Assembly: GCA_044449785.1 (NCBI GenBank)
Contig: JBIOII010000002.1
Location: forward strand, 1,141-65,140
DNA: 64,000 bases
Direction: 5' to 3'
Origin: Candidatus Limnocylindrales bacterium
Lineage (GTDB): Bacteria; Chloroflexota; Limnocylindria; Limnocylindrales; CSP1-4
Shown: positions 35,766 to 47,663 of the stretch, one piece after another
How positions within the stretch are numbered: the first letter of the stretch is position 1
Layout: each line of letters begins with the position of its first letter
Notes under the pieces: generated by a model
The model's input: the letters and a program-made list of their open reading frames with translations, nothing else
What the model was told of the DNA's origin: nothing
Database searches by the model: none
Program-made: the position numbers and the translations under genes

Positions 35766-37000
35766 AGCAGCCGCCGTTCCCGCGCTCCAGCGCGGTCGTC
35801 GATCCGAGAGTCGGTGACTACGGACCGGCGTTGCTGGCCCTCGAAGACGGCCGGCTCTTCCCGGGAATCGCGTTTGGGGCGCAGCGATCGGGCGAAGGCG
35901 ACCTGGTCGTGAACACCAGTCAGACCGGCTACCAGGAGATCGCTACTGATCCCTCGTATGCCGGCCAGCTCGTCGTCATGACCTACCCGCTGATCGGCAA
36001 CTACGGCCGCGTCCGATACGACGACCAGTCCGAGCGGCCGTGGCTTCGCGGTTTGATCGTGGCCAACGCCACCGCCGCGGTTCTGGACGATGCCCAGCAG
36101 CTGGCCACGATGCTGCGCGAGGCTGGTATTCCGGCCATCGCCGGCGTCGACACCCGAGCCCTGGCCCGACATCTCCGAGCCAACGGCAGCCTGCGCGCCA
36201 TTGTTACGGCGCCCGGCGAAATCGACCCGGAGGAGGCCCGAGCGCTCGCCCGAGCGGTGCCTCGCTGGGAGGACCAGGACTTCGTGGCCGCTGTCTCGGC
36301 CGAGGCCGCGCGCGACGAGGGTGATCCCTCCGAGGGCGGGCCGCTGTTGGCAATCCTGGATTTCGGCCTGAAGACGAACATCGTGCGCAGCCTTCGCCGC
36401 CGCGGGGCCCGGGTCCGAGTGCTGCCGCACACGGCTACGGCGACGGATCTGCTGGCAGCCGAAGTCGATGGCGTTGTCTTCTCGCCCGGGCCGGGTGACC
36501 CGGCCCGCCTCGACGGCGCGGTTGCCCTCGCCGCCGCCGTGATTGCCGACGGCCGGCCGCTGCTCGGCATCTGCCTTGGCCACCAGATCGTGGGTCGGGC
36601 CGCCGGGGCGAGTACTCGACGCCTCCCATTTGGCCACCACGCCGCGAACCACCCGGTCCAGGACCTGGAGACGGGCCTGGTCCAGGTAACCGCGCAGAAC
36701 CACGAGGTCACTGTGATCGGCGACACGCTGCCGGCGGCGAGTGGCTTCGTGGTCAGCCAGGTCGACCTGAACGACTGCTCGGTCGAGGGGCTGCGCCACC
36801 GCGACAAGCCGATCGAGACGGTCCAATACCACCCCGAAGGCGGCCCGGGTCCGCTCGACGCGCTGGCCGTGTTCGATCGCTTCGTCTCGGCCGCTCGCGC
36901 CCGCCATGGGGGACGGGAGCCCGAGCCGACGATCGGGCGGGTCGAGCCGCTCCACCTGGACACGGCCGAGCTCCAGCGCCGCCTGGCGGGCATGGGCTGA
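35762..37000 (+). CDS. carA: carbamoyl-phosphate synthase small (glutaminase) subunit
   Basis: ALLALEDGRLFPGIAFGA, class-I amidotransferase nucleophile LGICLGHQ, VQYHPEGGPGP. The start (GTG 35762, directly after the terminator T-run) is uncertain. Confidence 0.92.
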   Translation: MKQPPFPRSSAVVDPRVGDYGPALLALEDGRLFPGIAFGAQRSGEGDLVVNTSQTGYQEIATDPSYAGQLVVMTYPLIGNYGRVRYDDQSERPWLRGLIVANATAAVLDDAQQLATMLREAGIPAIAGVDTRALARHLRANGSLRAIVTAPGEIDPEEARALARAVPRWEDQDFVAAVSAEAARDEGDPSEGGPLLAILDFGLKTNIVRSLRRRGARVRVLPHTATATDLLAAEVDGVVFSPGPGDPARLDGAVALAAAVIADGRPLLGICLGHQIVGRAAGASTRRLPFGHHAANHPVQDLETGLVQVTAQNHEVTVIGDTLPAASGFVVSQVDLNDCSVEGLRHRDKPIETVQYHPEGGPGPLDALAVFDRFVSAARARHGGREPEPTIGRVEPLHLDTAELQRRLAGMG

Positions 37001-37089
37001 GGCAGTCAGGCCTGGCCCAATTCGGGGCCATATGCTGGTGGCGTCGCTTGTCCAAAGTCCCTACGCCAGTCCGTAGTCAGGTGCACGAA

Positions 37090-37455
37090 ATGCCAACCAC
37101 GTTGATCACCAGCACGATCGACCAGTACATCGCCGGCTTCCCACCCGAGACCCGGAAGGTGTTGGCGGAGATGCGAGCCCTAATCAAGTCGGTCGCGCCC
37201 GGCGCCACAGAGACGATCAGCTATGCGATACCGACCTTTGACCTGAACGGACGCCACCTTGTGCATTTCGCTGGTTACGCGAAGCACATCGGTTTCTATC
37301 CGATCCCGAGCGGCATGGAGGCGTTCGAGGAGGAACTCAAGACCTACAAGCGTGGCCGGGGCTCGGTGCAGTTTCCGCTCGGCAAACCGCTGCCCACGGA
37401 CCTGATCCGCCGGATCGTCGAATTCAGGGTCGAAGAGAACACGCGCGCCCGATAA
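37090..37455 (+). CDS. DUF1801 (YdhG-like) domain protein inserted between carA and carB
   Basis: IDQYIAGFPPETRKVLAEMRALIKSVAPGATETISYAIPTF...HFAGYAKHIGFYP...GRGSVQFPLGKPLP. Family recognised from memory. ATG 37090 preferred over the track start 37048. Confidence 0.72.
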   Translation: MPTTLITSTIDQYIAGFPPETRKVLAEMRALIKSVAPGATETISYAIPTFDLNGRHLVHFAGYAKHIGFYPIPSGMEAFEEELKTYKRGRGSVQFPLGKPLPTDLIRRIVEFRVEENTRAR

Positions 37456-37934
37456 GCTGAAGGACCGACCGGCGGCATCGTCCCAGCCTCCGCCTCCACC
37501 GCGTCGCGCTCCGCGGGCGAGAGCCGGCGCCATGACTCGATCGCGACGGCACCAGTGGACCGCCGGTACGTGACGATCTGCTCGCGGGTTAGCTCGAGCC
37601 GAGCCCTCGTCACGTCAGATGTCCCTCCGCCCCTGACGAGTCCTTGAGCTTCCTGCCTGGACCCGTTGTTGAGCGTCAAACGAGAGCAGCAGCACGGTCA
37701 AGTCATGGACTGTTCTGCGGTGCGACCGGGTCGACGGTTTCCGTGTCGAGCCAGTGCGTGGTTGTCGGTGATGGTCGGCTTGAGCCCTGATCGCCGAGAC
37801 AATTCAGCGGCAGCTGGGGCTAAGGTGGTCCGGCGGGGAGAGTTCACGCAGATCCAACATGAGCGGATCGAGCCAGGGTTGCTTTCGGCGCTGCCCTGCT
37901 TTCGGCGCTGCCAACCTCCTTCCTGCTATCCTTC

Positions 37935-38057
37935 GCGCAACCCTTGGGGCCGGTCCTGTGAGGCCGGCGTACCGGTCCAGAGAGGCCGGGGAGGAAGTCG
38001 ATGCGCACCTGCGATGAGAACCACCGCGCCTGTTTCGGCCGGTGGCCTTTTTGTGTG
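37935..38057 (+). promoter_or_regulatory. PyrR-type transcription attenuator, second copy (leader of carB)
   Basis: Same tandem stem-loops. The second loop is the exact consensus UCCAGAGAGG (37976-37985). Terminator at 38021-38052. About 85% identical to 35646-35772 by manual alignment. Confidence 0.75.
38021..38052 (+). terminator. intrinsic terminator of the carB attenuator
   Basis: CCACCGCGCC-tgtttc-GGCCGGTGG followed by CCTTTTTG. Confidence 0.7.
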
Positions 38058-38068
38058 AGGCAGCCTCT

Positions 38069-41533
<3,465 letters not shown>

Positions 41534-41539
41534 TCGCCG

Positions 41540-41932
41540 ATCTCAGCGCCGCGCCGGGCGAAACCCCGGCGCCCGTCCTGTCCTGAGTCGGGTTATTGGG
41601 GTCGCAGACGTAGACGGTCATATCGGATGGCCCGGCCTCGTAGGCGTTGGCCACGACCTGATGGCTGGAACTGAGCGCCGCCTTGATCGACGGGCAGGTT
41701 CACGACCTGCCAGTTGGTTCCGGGCGGGTAGTTTTTACTGAATGGCAGGCCCGAACTGCTGGGAAACCGGCGACGGCTTGCGTCTTGACCCATCTGTTGC
41801 TTGCCCAGAGTGCCGCGGGATTGCCCGAGTCGTAGACGACGTCGGGTTGGAGCGTCAGGCTGAACCGGCCGTCCGCCGAGACGATCGACTGTCCTGGTGT
41901 AACTTTCGGTCTCAACGGGCCGGCTCCTGGTG
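41540..41932 (-). pseudogene. decayed gene remnant (bulb-lectin-like fragment plus unrelated fragments in three frames)
   Basis: Own minus-strand translation gives three fragments. First SADGRFSLTLQPDVVYDSGNPAALWASN. After a frame change, SSSGLPFSKNYPPGTNWQVVN. After another, TCPSIKAALSSSHQVVANAYEAGPSDMTVYVCDPNNP. No start, signal peptide or clean stop. Confidence 0.35.
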
Positions 41933-43234
41933 TCAGGCGTGCTCGACGAGAGCCGGGGACTCGGTCGGAATCGGTACGGAGACCATCGGAAGCGCGACGC
42001 GATCCGAGTCTCGGAACCAGAACCAGAGCAGCGACGTGGCGGCCGTGTACAGGACGATGATCGTGACGAAGTCCACCGCGTAACCGGCGGTGAAGCCGAG
42101 CGTCGCCTGGAGCCAGCTGTAGTACAGCGGCGCGATCGTCCAGCCGAGGGACCACAGGAGTGTCATGCCCGCGGCGACCGTGGCCCGCTCCGCCGGCGAG
42201 ACCCGCTCCATGGCGAAGGCATCGAAGATCGGGCTGCCTGCATTCATCAGCGAGTTGCGCACGGTCAGGGCCACGACGACGGTCCAGAGCACCGGCGAGA
42301 AACCGAGCACCACAAGGAACGGGATGCTGGCCCCCTGAACGAGGACGATCGACCCGATCCGTCCGAACCGGCGCGCCAGCGCGGGCTGCGCCAGGATCGC
42401 TGCGGCAGTGCCCAGGCTCGTGATGCCGAAGACGAGGTTCACGACCGGGAGATCAAGGCTGAATTTGGTCTTGATGAACACGTTGAGGAACGGGATCAAC
42501 TGGCCAGCACCCAGCGACGTCAGGAAGCCCGGCAGCAGCAGCCGGAAGAAGAGACGCCTGTCCGAGACCACCAGCCCGAACCGGCTGCGTGTCTCGGAGC
42601 GTTCCCGATTGAAGACGGGCCTGTCGCTGGTCAGCAGGTAGACAGTGCCCAGGGCCAGGACGGCCAGGATCGCCACCCCAGCCAGCAGGATCTGATAAGG
42701 AGCCGCGGCCGAAACCAGATCGAGTCTGTCGGCCAGAACAGTCGCGGCCGCGCCGCCGATAACGGCCGAGAGTAGCGAAGTCAGAAACCCTAAAGCCGAC
42801 CAGATTGCGAAGTACTCGTTCCGCTGCTCGGGCAGAGTGTGCTCGGCGATGAACGGTATCTGCACCACCGACACCACTTGCGAGCCCGCGCCCAAAGCCG
42901 CGACGCCCACGAACAGCAGCGCCCACCGACCGGGCAGGAAGGCGAAGAGCGCCACCGCCACCAGGGCCATGCCGCCGGCCATGATCGTCCTGCGGCCCAG
43001 GCGGTCGGACAGGGCAACCGCCGGAATGGCGACGACTACGCCCGCGAGCTGGGACAGGGCCAACATCCAGCCGATGGTCGGGCGGTCGACTCCTATCGAT
43101 TCGAGATACAGATTGAAGTCGACCCAATACAGGCTCAGCGCTGCGCCGTAGACGATAGTGGTCAGCAGGAATAGCCGCGCGTCGCGGCCGAATCCTGTGA
43201 AGCTATGGACATAGCGGGCCAGGGCTCCCGTCAC
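41933..43234 (-). CDS. MFS transporter
   Basis: 433 aa, about 12 TM segments, loop 2-3 motif LSDRLGRRTIM (MFS signature G-x-x-x-D-R-x-G-R-R). Confidence 0.9.
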   Translation of the reverse strand: MTGALARYVHSFTGFGRDARLFLLTTIVYGAALSLYWVDFNLYLESIGVDRPTIGWMLALSQLAGVVVAIPAVALSDRLGRRTIMAGGMALVAVALFAFLPGRWALLFVGVAALGAGSQVVSVVQIPFIAEHTLPEQRNEYFAIWSALGFLTSLLSAVIGGAAATVLADRLDLVSAAAPYQILLAGVAILAVLALGTVYLLTSDRPVFNRERSETRSRFGLVVSDRRLFFRLLLPGFLTSLGAGQLIPFLNVFIKTKFSLDLPVVNLVFGITSLGTAAAILAQPALARRFGRIGSIVLVQGASIPFLVVLGFSPVLWTVVVALTVRNSLMNAGSPIFDAFAMERVSPAERATVAAGMTLLWSLGWTIAPLYYSWLQATLGFTAGYAVDFVTIIVLYTAATSLLWFWFRDSDRVALPMVSVPIPTESPALVEHA

Positions 43235-43267
43235 CCGTCTCCTCGCTGCGCTGGCGATCGCGTGACC

Positions 43268-43489
43268 CTATGAATGGGCCGGGTCGTGCCGCAGGACATC
43301 CTCTTCGCAGAGGGTACGCCCCACGACGATGAGGAGCGTCCCCAGCCGCACACGCAGGCCTGTGAAGCCGCGGCGATCGCGAGCCGCACGTCGGGCGAGT
43401 CGAGTCGACGCCGCCTCGGCGATGAGGTCGGAGTTTCGCTGGTTGATGGTGTCCAGTCTTTGCTCAGGCGTGTCACGCCACATTTCCAT
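43268..43489 (-). CDS. small hypothetical protein (small ORF A)
   Basis: 73 aa, RBS AGGGAAG before the ATG. It sits 33 nt upstream of the MFS gene on the same strand. Shares a pattern with ORF 57023-57220. Confidence 0.5.
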   Translation of the reverse strand: MEMWRDTPEQRLDTINQRNSDLIAEAASTRLARRAARDRRGFTGLRVRLGTLLIVVGRTLCEEDVLRHDPAHS

Positions 43490-43518
43490 CTTCCCTGTGT
43501 TAGAAGAAGTGATGATCG

Positions 43519-43540
43519 ACGTTAGTTGTTTATCTAACGT
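43519..43540. promoter_or_regulatory. perfect inverted repeat ACGTTAG-N8-CTAACGT (candidate operator)
   Basis: Seen directly in an AT-rich island 30 nt upstream of small ORF A. An extra half-site, CTAACAC (minus strand; plus-strand GTGTTAG at about 43496-43502), lies nearer the start. Confidence 0.5.
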
Positions 43541-43577
43541 AAGGAGGTGTTTGTTTTGGCATTGGGTTCCTCCCGGG

Positions 43578-44663
43578 TCAGTGGGCCAGGTACGCCCGAA
43601 GCTCCACCCCGGCCTCTTCGGCGCGGTCGTGGCGCAGGCTGTAGTAGGTCAGGTTGCCCTGCTCCGTGAGCGTTATGAGCCCGGCCGCCCGGAGAAGAGC
43701 CAGGTGGTGCTTGATGGTCGGCTTGCTGAGCTCGAGCTCGTTGGCGATCTCGGTCAGGTATCGATCCCGCTCGGCGAGGAGTCGGAGGATGCGCAGCCGG
43801 CTACCGTCGCCGAGCGCCCGATACAGGCGTACGGTCGCCGCCGGAGGATCGATCTTGTCCGCGGCGCCCAGCGCGGAATCGGCGATCGGGTAGCACACCA
43901 ACTGCACGTCGCCGACTTTGGTCAACGAGTTGTATGGACGCCCGAAGTAACTCGGGGCGAGGATCACGCGACGGATTCGCTGCTCGGGCACCAGGCGGAT
44001 GCCGTTGGTCGCTCGCTCGACGAAACCGATTGGGTCGCGAGTAGCGTCTTCCGCACGGCGAGCCGCGATGTCTCGCTCGATCATTCGGCCGACACGGGCC
44101 TCGATGACTTCATAGCGAGGCAGCCAAGCCCGGACGATCGCTCGGGCCGTCGGGACCAAATCGGCCACGGGCTGCGTGAGGACGGGGTGGCCCTTGAATG
44201 TGTCGAGCTTTCGCTGGAGCTCGGCGTAGGCCTCCCCATCGCCGTCTACGGCGCGACGGGTGATGGCCGACAGCTCGGGATCGTCGAGCAGGTCGCCGAC
44301 CATTTCCTCGAGCAGCTCCTTGTCGGCCATGGCGTCGATGGCGACCAGCACGTCGCGGGCCGTCCGAATCTCGGGACGGCTAACCAGCATCCGGCCCAAC
44401 TCGGCGACGAAGCCGCTGCATGTGTTGAGGAACGGGTCGCTTCCCATCTCCGCCGTGATGGCGGCTCTCGACTCCTCGAGCCAGCGGCGATCCTCGGGCA
44501 GCAAATCCTCGAATTCGCCGCACTCGTTGCAGGCGCTCGTCAGGAAGTCGTACGCGGTCCGGGCATCGATCTCGACCCTGGGCGGCTGCGCGGTAGTGAA
44601 CCCCGGGCGAACGAGCCCGCCGGTCCGAGTCGATGTTGAACTGGAGTCCCGCCTCACTGCCAC
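43578..44663 (-). CDS. ArsR-type winged-helix regulator with a large N-terminal domain of about 260 aa
   Basis: C-terminus LYRALGDGSRLRILRLLAERDRYLTEIANELELSKPTIKHHLALLRAAGLITLTEQGNLTYYSL. Start placed at GTG 44663; the upstream part of track ORF 43578-45173 is antisense to the M16 peptidase gene. Confidence 0.8.
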   Translation of the reverse strand: MAVRRDSSSTSTRTGGLVRPGFTTAQPPRVEIDARTAYDFLTSACNECGEFEDLLPEDRRWLEESRAAITAEMGSDPFLNTCSGFVAELGRMLVSRPEIRTARDVLVAIDAMADKELLEEMVGDLLDDPELSAITRRAVDGDGEAYAELQRKLDTFKGHPVLTQPVADLVPTARAIVRAWLPRYEVIEARVGRMIERDIAARRAEDATRDPIGFVERATNGIRLVPEQRIRRVILAPSYFGRPYNSLTKVGDVQLVCYPIADSALGAADKIDPPAATVRLYRALGDGSRLRILRLLAERDRYLTEIANELELSKPTIKHHLALLRAAGLITLTEQGNLTYYSLRHDRAEEAGVELRAYLAH

Positions 44664-44683
44664 TTGGACAAAGCCTCTAACAT

Positions 44684-44705
44684 GTGTTAGATGAAATACT
44701 AACAC
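44684..44705. promoter_or_regulatory. perfect inverted repeat GTGTTAG-N8-CTAACAC (candidate operator in divergent promoter region)
   Basis: Seen directly, about 20 nt upstream of the regulator start, in the gap shared with the M16 peptidase gene. Confidence 0.5.
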
Positions 44706-44901
44706 GGACCTACACAGAATCAAGTCCGGATCGTCTGACGGACCCGTGGTCGAGGGCGCCGAGAGGCAGACGAGTCCCGAAAGGCGGCCCCGATCGCCCC
44801 GTCGCCGCCGGCTCCGGCCGTGGCCGGTACGGTCGGTACAATTGCCCCAGCTCACGCAGAAACGTACTCGCGGCCCTATGCCTCCAAAGGAGTCCGACCG
44901 A

Positions 44902-46209
44902 ATGACCGCCCCGAGCGTCACGTTCAGCGACGAACGCCTGGCCAACGGCCTACGCCTGATCGTCTCGGAGGACCACCTGGCGCCGGTCGTCGCGGTGAAC
45001 ATCTGGTACAACGTCGGCTCCAAACACGAGGTTCCGGGCAAGACCGGCTTCGCCCACCTCTTCGAGCACGTCATGTTCCAGGGCTCGGGCCACGTGGCCA
45101 AGACCGAGCACATGGCCCTCGTCCAGGCCGCCGGCGGAACTATGAACGGGACTACGTTTCTCGACCGCACCAACTACTTCGAGACGGTCCCGAGCCACCA
45201 GCTCGAGCTCGCCCTGTGGCTGGAGGCCGACCGTATGGCCACACTGCTCGATGCCCTGAACCAGGAGAATCTGGACAATCAGCGCGACGTCGTGAAGAAC
45301 GAGAAGCGCTCGTCGTACGACAACCGGCCCTACGGTTCGTGGTTCCACAAGATGCAGGAGCATCTCTTCCCTCAGGACCATCCTTACCACCACCCGACGA
45401 TCGGGTCGATGGAGGATCTCGACGCAGCCGCGCTCGAGGACGTTGCCGCGTTCTTCCGGACCTACTACGCGCCCAACAACGCGGTCCTTTCGATCGTCGG
45501 CGACGTGGACAGAACGACGGCGCGGGCCTGGGTCGAGCGCTATTTCGGCGAGATCCCGGCGAACTCCGCGATCCCCCCGCTCGGCGACGCCGGCCTGCCG
45601 CCTATCCTGGGATCCGAGAGCCGCGAGGTGGTCGAGGATCGAGTGCCTCTGCCGCGCCTGTTCTTCGGCTTCCGGGCGCCGGTCCTCGGCGATCCGCGCT
45701 TCGACGCCCTCGAGGTCGCCTCCCAGATCCTCTCCGGCGGAAAAGGCAGCCGCCTCTATCGGCGCCTGGTTCGCGAGGAACGCATCGCCCAGGACGTGGC
45801 GTTCTTCTCGCTCGGCCTGGTCTCCGGTGCGTCGCTCGTCGCGGGCCAGGCGACCGTGCGACCGGGCGTGGACCCGGGCGTTGTCGAGCGCGCTTTCGAG
45901 GAGGAGCTCGAGCGGCTGGCCGGAGAACCGGTCACCGACGACGAACTGACCCGGGCGAGGGCGTTGATCGAGACATACGAGCTGGAGGCTCTCCAGCGGG
46001 TAGAGGAACGGGCCGACCGGCTTTCGATGTACGCCACGCTGCTCGACGACCCGGAGATGATCAATCGCCAGCTGGGCCGGTACCTTGCCGTGGGAGCAGC
46101 CGAGATCCAGGCCGCCGCCGGGGAGGTGCTGCGGCCCGATAACCGGGTGGTTCTGACATACGTTCCCGCGACCGAGGCAGCCGGCGCCACTGAGGAGTCG
46201 GCCGCATGA
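44902..46209 (+). CDS. M16 family (pitrilysin-like) zinc peptidase
   Basis: Inverted zinc motif HLFEHVMFQG (HxxEH), with a downstream E in NEKRSSYDN. ATG 44902 is preceded by AAAGGAG. Confidence 0.9.
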   Translation: MTAPSVTFSDERLANGLRLIVSEDHLAPVVAVNIWYNVGSKHEVPGKTGFAHLFEHVMFQGSGHVAKTEHMALVQAAGGTMNGTTFLDRTNYFETVPSHQLELALWLEADRMATLLDALNQENLDNQRDVVKNEKRSSYDNRPYGSWFHKMQEHLFPQDHPYHHPTIGSMEDLDAAALEDVAAFFRTYYAPNNAVLSIVGDVDRTTARAWVERYFGEIPANSAIPPLGDAGLPPILGSESREVVEDRVPLPRLFFGFRAPVLGDPRFDALEVASQILSGGKGSRLYRRLVREERIAQDVAFFSLGLVSGASLVAGQATVRPGVDPGVVERAFEEELERLAGEPVTDDELTRARALIETYELEALQRVEERADRLSMYATLLDDPEMINRQLGRYLAVGAAEIQAAAGEVLRPDNRVVLTYVPATEAAGATEESAA

Positions 46210-47663
46210 CGCTTCAAGAGGTTCTTTCGACGCGACCGTCGCCCGGTCAACCGCGCGCCTACGAGTTCCCCCGCTTCGAGCGGACCGTCCTGCCGTCGGG
46301 CCTCCAGGTACTGGCAGTCAACGTTCCGGGCCGGGCGTTGGTTGCCGCCAACCTGATAGTGCGGCGTGGAGCCGTCGACGAGCCGGCGGACGTGGCCGGC
46401 GCAACGATCCTCGCGGCGCGGGCGATGACCGAGGGCACTCGGCACTACCCGGGAGTGGAGTTGATCGAGGCCGCGGAGCGGCTGGGTGCGACGCTCCACG
46501 TCGACGCCGGCTGGGACGCGTTCATGGTTACGGTGGACGTGGCGGCTACCCGCGTCGGCGCCGCGCTCGAGCTGCTCGCCGAGCTGGCCGAGCGGCCCAC
46601 ATTCCCGGAGCCGGACGTGGCCCGCCTGCGGGACGAGCGTCTCAACGACCTGCTCCAGGTCAAGGCAGATCCCCGCCGCCGCGTGGAGCAGGCCTTCGCA
46701 GCGACCATCTACACGCCCGAGTCGCCCTACTCCCGGTCCGCCGGCGGTGACGAGGCAACGGTCCCGAGGCTGACGCCGGATGTCCTGCGATGCGTGCACG
46801 GGTCGATACTCGATCCGCGCCAGGCGGCCGTCGTGATCGGCGGCGATCTTTTCGGCATAGACATAGCGCAGATGGTCGAGGCCGTGCTCGGCTCATTCGG
46901 GGCAGGTTCCGGGGCCCGGACCGGCGGCCCCACCGGCGCTGAGCAGCCGGCCGGCGCCGTGGCTTTCGCCCCCCCGCCGCCGCGGGCCGACTCGGCTGTG
47001 GATCACCCGATCGTCCGCTTCTACCACCGCCCCGGAGCGGTCCAGACCGAGCTCCGAATCGGCCACATCGGGCTGGCGCGGCGCGTGCCGGACTTCCATG
47101 CCGTCCAGGTCATGGCGGCCATCCTCGGCGGTCTGTTCAACTCGCGGCTCCAGATGAACCTGCGCGAGGAAAAGGGCTACACGTACGGGATCGGCGCAGG
47201 CTTCGACATGCGCCGCGGCGCGGGCCCGTTCTCGGTCCGAACAGCGGTCCAGACCGCGGCCACGGTTCCGGCCATCGCCGAGTCGCTCTCGGAGCTGCGC
47301 CGCATACGTGAGACGATGGTCACGGCGGCCGAGCTGGCGGCTGCACGCGACTTCCTGGTGGGGGTCTTCCCGCTGCGGTTCGAGACGCCCGGCGCCGTCG
47401 TCGGCACGCTGGGCGGACTCTTCATCCACGAGCTGCCCGACGAAGAGCTGGCTCGGTACCGGCAGGCGATCGAGGAGGTCACCATTGACGGTGTCCAGAA
47501 GGCCGCGCAGGACCACATCGACCCGGCTCGGCTCGCAATCGTGGCGGTCGGCGATGCCGACGCGGTGGGCGAGGAGTTGCGGGCGGCCGGCTTTGGCGAG
47601 CTCGAGGTGATCACCGAAGAGGTGGTGGCCGAGGCCGGTGAGAGCGAAGAGGAGGAAACGTGA
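46206..47663 (+). CDS. M16 family peptidase, non-catalytic partner subunit
   Basis: Same fold and length but no HxxEH motif. ATGA overlap with the preceding gene. Confidence 0.82.
   Translation: MTLQEVLSTRPSPGQPRAYEFPRFERTVLPSGLQVLAVNVPGRALVAANLIVRRGAVDEPADVAGATILAARAMTEGTRHYPGVELIEAAERLGATLHVDAGWDAFMVTVDVAATRVGAALELLAELAERPTFPEPDVARLRDERLNDLLQVKADPRRRVEQAFAATIYTPESPYSRSAGGDEATVPRLTPDVLRCVHGSILDPRQAAVVIGGDLFGIDIAQMVEAVLGSFGAGSGARTGGPTGAEQPAGAVAFAPPPPRADSAVDHPIVRFYHRPGAVQTELRIGHIGLARRVPDFHAVQVMAAILGGLFNSRLQMNLREEKGYTYGIGAGFDMRRGAGPFSVRTAVQTAATVPAIAESLSELRRIRETMVTAAELAAARDFLVGVFPLRFETPGAVVGTLGGLFIHELPDEELARYRQAIEEVTIDGVQKAAQDHIDPARLAIVAVGDADAVGEELRAAGFGELEVITEEVVAEAGESEEEET

Noticed and set aside
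38042-38068. Track start (GTG 38042) for carB, and the in-frame TTG at 38051.
   Set aside because: Both lie inside the attenuator's terminator stem or T-run. TTG 38069 gives a normal distance to the conserved SALIIGSGP motif. The exact start remains unverified.
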